From IMG/VR virus record IMGVR_UViG_3300018984_000007, positions 1 to 52,941 of that record: a DNA stretch of 52,941 nt; one strand, 5' to 3'. Made by a program: the position numbers and the translations under genes. Below the pieces are notes generated by a model. It did no database searches. It was not told where the DNA came from and saw nothing but the letters and a program-made list of their open reading frames with translations. The stretch comes from a virus. Taxonomy: Duplodnaviria > Caudoviricetes. This document shows, in pieces, positions 28,384 through 35,831 of this stretch; position 1 is the first letter of the stretch; every line of letters starts with the position of its first letter.

Positions 28384-28472
28384 TGCCTACACTACATAAG
28401 CGCAAGCGTCGGCGCAAGAACAGTTCGGCCGCCACGGCTCGGATCAAGCGCAAGAAGAAGGGCAACCGGTAA
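28383..28472 (+). CDS. 29-aa highly basic microprotein
   Basis: MPTLHKRKRRRKNSSAATARIKRKKKGNR; TAATG overlaps at both ends. Confidence 0.5.
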   Translation: MPTLHKRKRRRKNSSAATARIKRKKKGNR

Positions 28473-28588
28473 TGGAGTGGTCGCATTTCGGAACCGTAAT
28501 GGCGCAGGTCGTGATCGCGTCGATGACCGGCGCGATCATCTTCATCATGCTGACCTCGGCATGGGACTCGTGGAGGAAGCCCAAGTGA
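28472..28588 (+). CDS. 38-aa single-TM microprotein
   Basis: Coupled start; hydrophobic core. Confidence 0.5.
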   Translation: MEWSHFGTVMAQVVIASMTGAIIFIMLTSAWDSWRKPK

Positions 28589-28704
28589 ACGACCTCGCGC
28601 GTAACTTCGGGATCGGTGCTCTCATCGGGTTTACGATCTTCGCTACTGTCTTGATCCTCGCAGTCATCGGGTACAACATCTACGAGAGGAATCACCGCAG
28701 GTGA
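28585..28704 (+). CDS. 39-aa single-TM microprotein
   Basis: GGAGG RBS; GTGA overlaps at both ends. Confidence 0.55.
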   Translation: MNDLARNFGIGALIGFTIFATVLILAVIGYNIYERNHRR

Positions 28705-29765
28705 AGCTGGACGTGATCGTCGGTGGACAATACGGGTCGGAAGCTAAGGGTCACGTTACCCAGCGCGTGATTGAGCGTGCGCTAACGCTGAACCCGGACG
28801 AGCAGGTGGTCAACATTCGTGTGGCGGGACCGAACGCCGGTCACACTGGGCACAACATCTACGGCAAGGCCATGGCGTTCAGGACTCTGCCGATCGGTGC
28901 GCTGATTCCTGGTGTGGAATGCGTGGTGGCGGCCGGGTCTGAAATCCAGCCGCAGGTTTTGCTCAATGAGATCGACGCAGCCAAGTCGATCGGGTTCGAC
29001 GCCAGCTACCTGATGGTGGACCGTGAGGCGACCGTCATCGAAGACCGGCATCACGAGCGTGAGACTAACGCAGGTCTGGTCCACAAGCTGGGGTCGACCG
29101 GCAAAGGAGTCGGCGCGGCACGAGCCGACCGACTGATGCGGCAGGCAAAGCGCGTAATCGATGACGGCGTATTCATCGACGAGTTGGAAGCACGTGGCGT
29201 TCGAATCACGAACACGGCATACGACTTAGCGTTGCGTAGCGACGACGGCCGGATTGTGATCGAGGGTACGCAGGGGTTCGGGCTGGGACTTCACGCCGGG
29301 CTGTACCCGCACTGTACGTCATCCGATTGTCGGGCAATCGACTTCATGAGCATGGCTGGCGTCATGCCGTGGCAGTTCGACTACACCAGTCTTAAGGTGT
29401 GGGTCACGTGTCGGGTGTTCCCGATTCGAGTCGCTGGTAATAGCGGACCGATGACGAATGAAACGAGTTGGGACGCGTTGGGTCTGCCGACCGAGTACAC
29501 GACTGTGACGAAGAAGCCAAGGCGCGTAGGATATTGGGATCAGGCGTTAGTGCGAGCTGCGGTGTTGGCGAATGGTGGTGCGCCGACTGTGGCGCTCGCG
29601 ATCACCATGCTGGACCAGTTGTTTCCTAACACGAAGGGGATCAAGGAAACGCACAAGCTGATCACTGAAACGGACGCCATGGCATGGCTGACCAAGGTGC
29701 AGGACGAGTCGTACGCCAGGATCGAACTCGTCACTACCGGACCCAATACAGGAGTGTTCCTCTGA
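28701..29765 (+). CDS. purZ: Adenylosuccinate-synthetase homologue, PurZ/PurZ0 type
   Basis: GGQYGSEAKG (Ser where PurA has the catalytic Asp of GDEGKG), GPNAGHT, IEGTQGFGL, PIRVAGNSGP, TTVTKKPRRV, TMLD; short 354-aa form. Confidence 0.8.
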   Translation: MKLDVIVGGQYGSEAKGHVTQRVIERALTLNPDEQVVNIRVAGPNAGHTGHNIYGKAMAFRTLPIGALIPGVECVVAAGSEIQPQVLLNEIDAAKSIGFDASYLMVDREATVIEDRHHERETNAGLVHKLGSTGKGVGAARADRLMRQAKRVIDDGVFIDELEARGVRITNTAYDLALRSDDGRIVIEGTQGFGLGLHAGLYPHCTSSDCRAIDFMSMAGVMPWQFDYTSLKVWVTCRVFPIRVAGNSGPMTNETSWDALGLPTEYTTVTKKPRRVGYWDQALVRAAVLANGGAPTVALAITMLDQLFPNTKGIKETHKLITETDAMAWLTKVQDESYARIELVTTGPNTGVFL

Positions 29766-30463
29766 TGTGTGGATGTAAGGCTCACGGCGACAACGACGAG
29801 TTCTGCCGGTGCGGTTGCCCCGAGCACAACAATCGGGTCAAAGTGGACGGTAACAACATGGTTCACATCACCGACGCACGATACCAGGTGATGAAGCAGG
29901 CGGAGGAGACGCTGCAGAACCCGGACCTGATCACCATCAGCAGGGTCGAATACGATGCGTTCCGCGCCGCGTACCAGCGGGCCGAAGGTGTGATTGCCCC
30001 GCCGAAAGAGACACAGACGGTCTCGTTCGATGTAAAGCTGGAGCCGGGTGCAATGGAGGCGCTCGGGTTCACCGTTCGGGACGAGGGTGCCCCTGGTGCG
30101 GGTGGCGGTCGTGCCGCCGAGATCAAAGACCGGGTGCGTGAAATCACTCACTGGTGGACCTCGCACGCGGTGAACGTGATCGAGCGGACCGCACCGAAGG
30201 CCGCGCAATACGGCGCTGCTGACCTCGATTTGATGGGTCAGGCGATGGAGTCGCAGTACGCCGAGGCGATCAAATGGATGACGCCGGAAGAGCGTAAGAC
30301 GTTTGGTCGATACGCGGCGTGCGCGTTCTACGCGTTGGGCAAGGTCGCTCGTATCCAGGGTGCGCTCGAACGTGGTGAGCTGCCGCACTCGGACTCGGAG
30401 TTCGACTTGGAGGTCTATGCAGTGATGATGACCTGCATTCGTCAGACGGGTCGCTGGGTCTAG
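29765..30463 (+). CDS. Putative all-alpha nucleotide pyrophosphatase (Nmad1/DUF1599, MazG-like) with Cys-rich N-terminus
   Basis: KAAQYG...KVARI...DSEFDLEVYA pattern; coupled to purZ. Confidence 0.5.
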   Translation: MCGCKAHGDNDEFCRCGCPEHNNRVKVDGNNMVHITDARYQVMKQAEETLQNPDLITISRVEYDAFRAAYQRAEGVIAPPKETQTVSFDVKLEPGAMEALGFTVRDEGAPGAGGGRAAEIKDRVREITHWWTSHAVNVIERTAPKAAQYGAADLDLMGQAMESQYAEAIKWMTPEERKTFGRYAACAFYALGKVARIQGALERGELPHSDSEFDLEVYAVMMTCIRQTGRWV

Positions 30464-30466
30464 GAT

Positions 30467-30490
30467 TCAACCTGCCAGCCGGTAGGTTGA
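30467..30490 (+). terminator. Hairpin upstream of secreted-protein trio
   Basis: TCAACCTGCC-agcc-GGTAGGTTGA. Confidence 0.4.
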
Positions 30491-30512
30491 TGTTCCAACG
30501 GAAAGGAACCGC

Positions 30513-31028
30513 GTGAAGAAGATCGCAACAGTGGTTACGGGTCTGATGCTGACCCTGGCCGGTGTGGTGGGGATCTCATCTCCCGCGTCGGCTGTCGCGC
30601 CAGGTTACTGCCCGGCTGGGCCGGGGCAGAATTGCTTCCGCAATTTTGCCAACTGTACAACGACTGACTCGTCGGCTGGCGCGATGAGCGTGGTTGTCTA
30701 CCACGTGCGGAGTTCGGGTGGCTTGTCTACCCGAGTTTACTTCCTCCGCGCAATCTCCGCGTCGGATGGTTATCACAAGGTCCTCGACTTCTCGAAGACC
30801 TCTGGTGGTGGCGGTACGACGTATTGGACCATCACTGCTCCGTTCGGGGACACACACCTGAACGGGACCACCCACCCGGAGGAAAGCTACGGGAACAGTG
30901 GTCTGGCTTGGGCATCGATCTCACAGAACCCTGTGGTCAAGACTCGGTACCAGGCAACCGCCTTCTATGGCGGGAACGTCACGCACTGCAATGTCCCGCT
31001 CGACTTCTCTACCTCCTACATCGGCTGA
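30513..31028 (+). CDS. Secreted 4-Cys protein, paralog 1
   Basis: Signal peptide ending PASA; C..CFRNFANC, GGGGTTYW, terminal Cys. Confidence 0.75.
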   Translation: MKKIATVVTGLMLTLAGVVGISSPASAVAPGYCPAGPGQNCFRNFANCTTTDSSAGAMSVVVYHVRSSGGLSTRVYFLRAISASDGYHKVLDFSKTSGGGGTTYWTITAPFGDTHLNGTTHPEESYGNSGLAWASISQNPVVKTRYQATAFYGGNVTHCNVPLDFSTSYIG

Positions 31029-31038
31029 GAGGAACCAC

Positions 31039-31575
31039 GTGAAGACCAAGATCTTCGCGCTGTTCGCGGCACTGGCGTTCGCGCTGGGTGTCACGAGCAT
31101 CGCTCCCGCCAACGCAGCTCCGCGCGCATCCGCGCCGGTTCTGTCCAATCACACCAGCACGCTGTGCCACAGCGGTTGGGTCTGCTACCGCAACTGGAAC
31201 AACTGCAACACGGCCGACTCCAGCACCGGCCAGGTCGGTGTCGAGGTCATCTCTCGCGCGTCCACCTCCGGTGCGTCGGCTCAGGTTCTGCAGGTGCGGT
31301 ACAGCTCCACGTCCAGCCAAAACTTCCGTGTCGACTGGTCGAAGTACGCGACCGGTGGAGGCGGAACGACCTACTGGTTCACCAGCTCGCCTGTCGGCGA
31401 CGCGTGGGTCGGTTTTGGCTACCCGGACAAGATCTACCAGCCGGTCGACTCGGCGTGGGGAACCTACTCGCAGAACGCCAGCGTGTGGAACTACCTGTCG
31501 CCGCGCAGTGATGAGTCGGATGTCAAGACCTCCTGCACCGTGCTCCTTACCAAGGCCAACTCCTACAGCGGATGA
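31039..31575 (+). CDS. Secreted 4-Cys protein, paralog 2
   Basis: GAGGA RBS and GTG 31039; signal peptide ending PANA; CHSGWVCYRNWNNC, GGGGTTYW. Confidence 0.75.
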   Translation: MKTKIFALFAALAFALGVTSIAPANAAPRASAPVLSNHTSTLCHSGWVCYRNWNNCNTADSSTGQVGVEVISRASTSGASAQVLQVRYSSTSSQNFRVDWSKYATGGGGTTYWFTSSPVGDAWVGFGYPDKIYQPVDSAWGTYSQNASVWNYLSPRSDESDVKTSCTVLLTKANSYSG

Positions 31576-31586
31576 AGGGCAATCAC

Positions 31587-32129
31587 ATGAAGAAGATCTT
31601 TGCGCTGTTCGCGTCGCTGGCGTTCGCAGCCAGCCTCGCGGCAGCTGCTCCTGCCAACGCAGCTCCGGCTGCGCCAGCTCCGGCCGTCATGGTGCCGGTC
31701 CTGACTGTCACCCCCGACGACTGTGGCAGCGGTAACGTCTGCTACAAGAACTGGCAGAACTGCCCCGCACAGGACGGTGCTGGCAGCGTCGCGGCCACCG
31801 TGTACCACCGCACCTCGATCTCCGGCTCGTCTGCTCAGGTGATCGGCATCCAGTGGAACAACGCCACCACGCGTTGGATGAAGCTCGGTGCCTGGTACAA
31901 GCAGTCCGGTGGTGGAGGCACGACCTACTGGTTCCGTGACGAGTTCAACGTCCCCACGTCGTACCACATGAACGGCGGGACCAACATCAGGTGGTGGGAG
32001 AACAACCTTCCCTGGGCTTCGTATTCGGTGAACCCGAAGGTGACCTCGGTGTTCGAGCCGCAGGCTGTTTACCCGCAGACGGACTGCGTCGTGAACCTGA
32101 CCAAGGCGAACCGCGTCTACAGCTGGTGA
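31587..32129 (+). CDS. Secreted 4-Cys protein, paralog 3
   Basis: Signal peptide ending PANA; CGSGNVCYKNWQNC, GGGGTTYW; alternative start 31572. Confidence 0.75.
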   Translation: MKKIFALFASLAFAASLAAAAPANAAPAAPAPAVMVPVLTVTPDDCGSGNVCYKNWQNCPAQDGAGSVAATVYHRTSISGSSAQVIGIQWNNATTRWMKLGAWYKQSGGGGTTYWFRDEFNVPTSYHMNGGTNIRWWENNLPWASYSVNPKVTSVFEPQAVYPQTDCVVNLTKANRVYSW

Positions 32130-32140
32130 TCTAAACCATC

Positions 32141-32169
32141 GGGGACCCCGGCATCCGGCCGGGGTCCCC
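32141..32169 (+). terminator. Hairpin after secreted-protein trio
   Basis: Perfect 12-bp stem GGGGACCCCGGC/GCCGGGGTCCCC. Confidence 0.55.
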
Positions 32170-32196
32170 ACCCCCACCTCCCCCTTTGGAGCGAAC

Positions 32197-32877
32197 ATGG
32201 TGGTCATGAACTTGGGCCGGTTGAAGCAGCACGACGAGCGGTCGCGGCAGTTCGCGTTCAGTTCGCGTGCAGCTGAGTCGATCCAGATCAAGGACAAGGG
32301 TTGGACCCACTACGGCGCGGTGTCCGATCAGGGGGTAACCAGCGCGTGCGTCGGATTCACCGGCCTGGACTGGCGCAACACGCGACCGGCGAAGCAGCCG
32401 AAGAAGGTGTACTACGAGAACACGGCGTTCGACGACTACCGTGGCGCGACGCTGCACGACGCGTGGCCCGGCGAGTGGCCGGACGTGGACAATGGAAGCA
32501 GCGGGCTGGGTCTGTGTAAATACTTCAAGTCGATCGGCGTAATCGACCGGTACGAGTGGGCGTTCGGGTTCGAGTCGTTCCTGCACATGATGATGCGGGG
32601 TCCGGTGTCGGTCGGCATCGAGTGGACCGAGGGCATGTTCTACCCCGACAAGTACGGGCAGATAAGCCCGACCGGCCGGACTGTCGGCGGACATCAGCTG
32701 CTAGCCACCAGTGTGGACGTGAACAAGCAGTATGGGGGTGGCGGTCGTGTCTGGCTGCTCAACCACTGGTCCAAGCGGTGGGGTGTCAACGGCCGAGCGT
32801 GGATGACGTTTACTGACTTCGACAACCGGCTGCGCGCCGACGGCGACGCAGTCCTGATGATTAAGGACCCGGCATGA
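32197..32877 (+). CDS. Papain-like (C1) cysteine peptidase
   Basis: DQGVTSACVGF (Gln/Cys), GGHQ (His), LNHWSKRWG (Asn). Confidence 0.8.
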   Translation: MVVMNLGRLKQHDERSRQFAFSSRAAESIQIKDKGWTHYGAVSDQGVTSACVGFTGLDWRNTRPAKQPKKVYYENTAFDDYRGATLHDAWPGEWPDVDNGSSGLGLCKYFKSIGVIDRYEWAFGFESFLHMMMRGPVSVGIEWTEGMFYPDKYGQISPTGRTVGGHQLLATSVDVNKQYGGGGRVWLLNHWSKRWGVNGRAWMTFTDFDNRLRADGDAVLMIKDPA

Positions 32878-33173
32878 TGCAGCAGCACGAGGTTGAGGCG
32901 AAGAAGGAAACGCCGGTCATGGGTCCGACCCTGTCGGTGGCGCAGGCGTGGTTGAAGGCGAATGGGTGGACTCAGGTTCGCGTCGACCGATGGACGAAGC
33001 TGCAGGCTCGGACCGGTGAAGAGATGTTCGTCGAGTTGGGCTACGTCTATGGCGCGGTCTGGTTCAAGGGTAAGGTTGCTCGGATCGGTTTCATCCACAA
33101 CGCCGAGACGCGCGACCCCAACGACATCGAACCGTTGAAGCTGCTGGTTCAGGTACTGGACGAGTCGCGTTGA
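32874..33173 (+). CDS. Hypothetical protein
   Basis: 99 aa; ATGA overlap. Confidence 0.6.
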   Translation: MMQQHEVEAKKETPVMGPTLSVAQAWLKANGWTQVRVDRWTKLQARTGEEMFVELGYVYGAVWFKGKVARIGFIHNAETRDPNDIEPLKLLVQVLDESR

Positions 33174-33271
33174 ACCAGCAGGACGCGGTCTGCCCGCGTT
33201 GTGAGAAGCACGTTGTGAAGGAGACCCTGATGGATCACCTCGCCAAGCACTGGGCGGAGGACAAAGAGTGA
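33170..33271 (+). CDS. 33-aa C2H2-like zinc-finger microprotein
   Basis: CPRC-x11-H-x3-H; 4-bp overlaps at both ends; read manually. Confidence 0.5.
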   Translation: MNQQDAVCPRCEKHVVKETLMDHLAKHWAEDKE

Positions 33272-33399
33272 ACTTGCTTCTGAACTGCCGGTCTTGCCGC
33301 ACTAACTTCGACAGCATTCAAGGTGCTGACGATCACGAGATGACCAACGACGAAACTTGTTTCCTGGCTCAGTACACGATCGTTAGGGATGCTGAATGA
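33268..33399 (+). CDS. 43-aa C2HC-like zinc-finger microprotein
   Basis: CRSC-x3-F-x8-H-x7-C; GTGA/ATGA overlaps; read manually. Confidence 0.5.
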   Translation: MNLLLNCRSCRTNFDSIQGADDHEMTNDETCFLAQYTIVRDAE

Positions 33400-34364
33400 C
33401 ACCCCCTCGCATGGTCTATATGGCCTACCCAATAGACCTGATCGCGGGCCGTGACGATGTCCGGCCGCTGTTCGAGACGATCGAGAACCTCAAGCCTGCG
33501 CTGATGGACGCTGGGGTCGATATAATCTTCGATCCCGGTGATGCATTCATGGTCAACGCGGCGGCCAGGGTCGGGCACGAGCTGCGGTCGATCAACCAGG
33601 CCGCGCTGGATGCGGCCGATGCGATGGTGGCGGTCCTGCCCTCCGGCCTGCCGTCCATCGGGGTCCCGATGGAAATCGACCACGCGGTCAAGCAGGGCAA
33701 GACGGTCGCGGTGATGACCGACACCAAGGCATGGATGCTGGGGTTCGGTGATTACCCCAACGTGAAGACCTTCCCGATCGAAGAGGCGGGCTGGGTCCAG
33801 ATGATCCTGTGGATGGTAGCTTCACATCTGCGGGTCGAAGAGTCGAAGCAGATCCAGGTCGAGGCACTGCCGTTCCAACGCGCGTACAAGGCGGAATGCG
33901 GCAAGTACGGTGTGCACGACGCACACGATTACGGCGAGCACATGGCCGATCGTTGCGACGGCGTGCCGGATTGCACCCCGCGACGCGTTCACCATAACGA
34001 CGCGGGCTGGGACCTGATCGTGGCTGAAACGACATTGATCCGGCCTGGCCAGCAGGTTGATATCCCAATGGGGGTGGCGGTTGCACTGCCCGAGTGGTCA
34101 TTCGGTCGAATCACCGGCCGGTCGTCGACACTGCGGAAGCTCAACGTCCTCGTCAATGAGGGCATTATTGATGCCGGATACCGGGGACCACTTTACGCGC
34201 TGTGTCGCAACATGGGCACCGAGAACGTGCGAATCGACGCCGGATCCAGGGTCGCACAGCTCATCATCCACGAAAACCACGCGCCGGAAGTTGAGCCGGT
34301 CGCGGTACTCGATCTGCCGGAATCAACACGAGGGGACCGTGGTTTTGGTAGTACGGGAACGTGA
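33396..34364 (+). CDS. Fusion: nucleoside-2-deoxyribosyltransferase/N-glycosidase-like domain and trimeric dUTPase
   Basis: N-terminal VYMAYP...DAADAMVA...SIGVPMEI...GKTV; C-terminal AGWDL, GRSS, GIIDAGYRG, RVAQL, RGDRGFGSTG. Confidence 0.85.
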   Translation: MTPPRMVYMAYPIDLIAGRDDVRPLFETIENLKPALMDAGVDIIFDPGDAFMVNAAARVGHELRSINQAALDAADAMVAVLPSGLPSIGVPMEIDHAVKQGKTVAVMTDTKAWMLGFGDYPNVKTFPIEEAGWVQMILWMVASHLRVEESKQIQVEALPFQRAYKAECGKYGVHDAHDYGEHMADRCDGVPDCTPRRVHHNDAGWDLIVAETTLIRPGQQVDIPMGVAVALPEWSFGRITGRSSTLRKLNVLVNEGIIDAGYRGPLYALCRNMGTENVRIDAGSRVAQLIIHENHAPEVEPVAVLDLPESTRGDRGFGSTGT

Positions 34365-34527
34365 AGAGCTTGACACGGTAGACCTCAGCCCGCTAGGGTG
34401 GCTGGCTGTGATCACGGGTGCGCTCACACCCCTGATCGTGCTCGGAGTCGTCATCCTGATGTACTCCTGAGCACGCCGTTCCGGTTGATAAGGTGCGGGG
34501 AATGCTCCTGGTCCCGGAACACAGAAA

Positions 34528-34560
34528 CGCCCGGCAGTCCCGAGGGGGGACTGCCGGGCG
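34528..34560 (-). terminator. Terminator at convergence of right- and leftward operons
   Basis: 14-bp perfect stem CGCCCGGCAGTCCC/GGGACTGCCGGGCG, followed by TTTCTGT on minus strand. Confidence 0.7.
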
Positions 34561-34568
34561 GATCTGTA

Positions 34569-34952
34569 TCAGGAGACGGGCTGGAGAGCCGTCCCGTGAG
34601 CTGGCGTGGGCGGGGTGGCAGGTACGGCGGTAGTGACAGGGCCGTCGTCACGGCGGGGCCGGTAGCGGCTGCCTCCGGTGACCAGGCTGCCCAGTTTGGG
34701 GCGGGCGGACTCGGTCTGCTCGAACACCAGGACGGCGACCTTGGACTGCTCTTCCGCGATCACGTCCAGCAGGTCCACGATCGAGACGTTCTGGTCCTCC
34801 TGGTTGGCGCGGACATGGACCTTGTCGTCGATTCCCTCGATTGCGCCGTGCTCCGCGACCCGAGCCCGATCCATCATATTCATCAAGATCGGGTAGTGCA
34901 GGCTCCAGATTGCCTCGCGCTGCTGGTCGATCGGTGTCAGGGTCTCACTCAT
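34569..34952 (-). CDS. Hypothetical protein
   Basis: 127 aa; last gene of leftward cassette. Confidence 0.6.
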   Translation of the reverse strand: MSETLTPIDQQREAIWSLHYPILMNMMDRARVAEHGAIEGIDDKVHVRANQEDQNVSIVDLLDVIAEEQSKVAVLVFEQTESARPKLGSLVTGGSRYRPRRDDGPVTTAVPATPPTPAHGTALQPVS

Positions 34953-35088
34953 CGGTGGTGTCCTCGTCCTTCTTGACGTAGAGCTTTGGCGGGGTCACAT
35001 TCTCTTCGTTCGTCTCGGCCAGCATGAGTTGCCTGGCCCAACGACGCTCTTCCTCGATTCGGTCGAGGTGGATCTTGAACGGGTCCAC
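34945..35088 (-). CDS. 47-aa hypothetical protein
   Basis: AGGAGG RBS and GTG; read manually. Confidence 0.55.
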   Translation of the reverse strand: MDPFKIHLDRIEEERRWARQLMLAETNEENVTPPKLYVKKDEDTTDE

Positions 35089-35113
35089 TTTGCGCCTCCT
35101 GGGGGCGGGTTAG

Positions 35114-35308
35114 TTACAGCGGGCTGATTTCGATCATGACGAGCTTGCCGTTCTTGGTCTTGCCCTCCCACATGAACATGAAGTCCATCTCGTCGAAGTG
35201 GTCGGAAGCCAGAGCCAAGATGCCAAACTCTTCGTTCATCATGGCCAGGACGTGCATTGCCATGCCAGGGTCGACCAAACCCCAGTCCAGATAGACCATG
35301 ACCCGCAT
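35114..35308 (-). CDS. Hypothetical protein
   Basis: 64 aa in tandem array. Confidence 0.55.
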   Translation of the reverse strand: MRVMVYLDWGLVDPGMAMHVLAMMNEEFGILALASDHFDEMDFMFMWEGKTKNGKLVMIEISPL

Positions 35309-35312
35309 GGCG

Positions 35313-35801
35313 TCAGTTCTCGATCACGGACGTGACGGACGCGGTGACCTTGGTACTGGCCTTCGGCGTGGTCCCCGACCCGCTCATGAACGGCTTCTCG
35401 AAAGTGAGCCCATTCGAGACGAGCGTGTCTGAGTACGGGTCCGTCAGCCCGTTCATGATGTAGGTGATCTCCCAGCTTTCGCCGTCCTCGGGCTTGAGGT
35501 TCTCCGGCCCCACGTAGTTCAGGGTTGGCTCCCAATTGACGTTGCACCCGTACCCGCTGAAGCAGTGCTTCTTCGTGACCCGGATCGAGACGGTCCAGTC
35601 CTTGGTGCCGAGTGGGCGCTCGATCGCCTTGGGCGTTTCTGCCTTGGGGGCGGTGAGCTTCTTGGGCGGGGTGGCGGTCCCTGAGGTTGCCACTGGAGCG
35701 GTGGCGCGGCCAACGTTCTTGGCCTCGGGTGCGGCGCAACCGACCAGAGCCAAGGCGGCAACTGCGGCGGGACCCCAATAGCGGAAGTGTGTGTAGCTCA
35801 T
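35313..35801 (-). CDS. Lipoprotein
   Basis: Lipobox ALALVG-C; Pro/Ala/Thr linker; KHCFSGYGCNV motif. Confidence 0.75.
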   Translation of the reverse strand: MSYTHFRYWGPAAVAALALVGCAAPEAKNVGRATAPVATSGTATPPKKLTAPKAETPKAIERPLGTKDWTVSIRVTKKHCFSGYGCNVNWEPTLNYVGPENLKPEDGESWEITYIMNGLTDPYSDTLVSNGLTFEKPFMSGSGTTPKASTKVTASVTSVIEN

Positions 35802-35831
35802 TGCGTCGGTCTCTCTTCTCGTGAGGTGAAA

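Noticed and set aside
28701-29765. Ordinary purA auxiliary metabolic gene
   Set aside because: Catalytic Asp replaced by Ser and context fits PurZ/PurZ0 better
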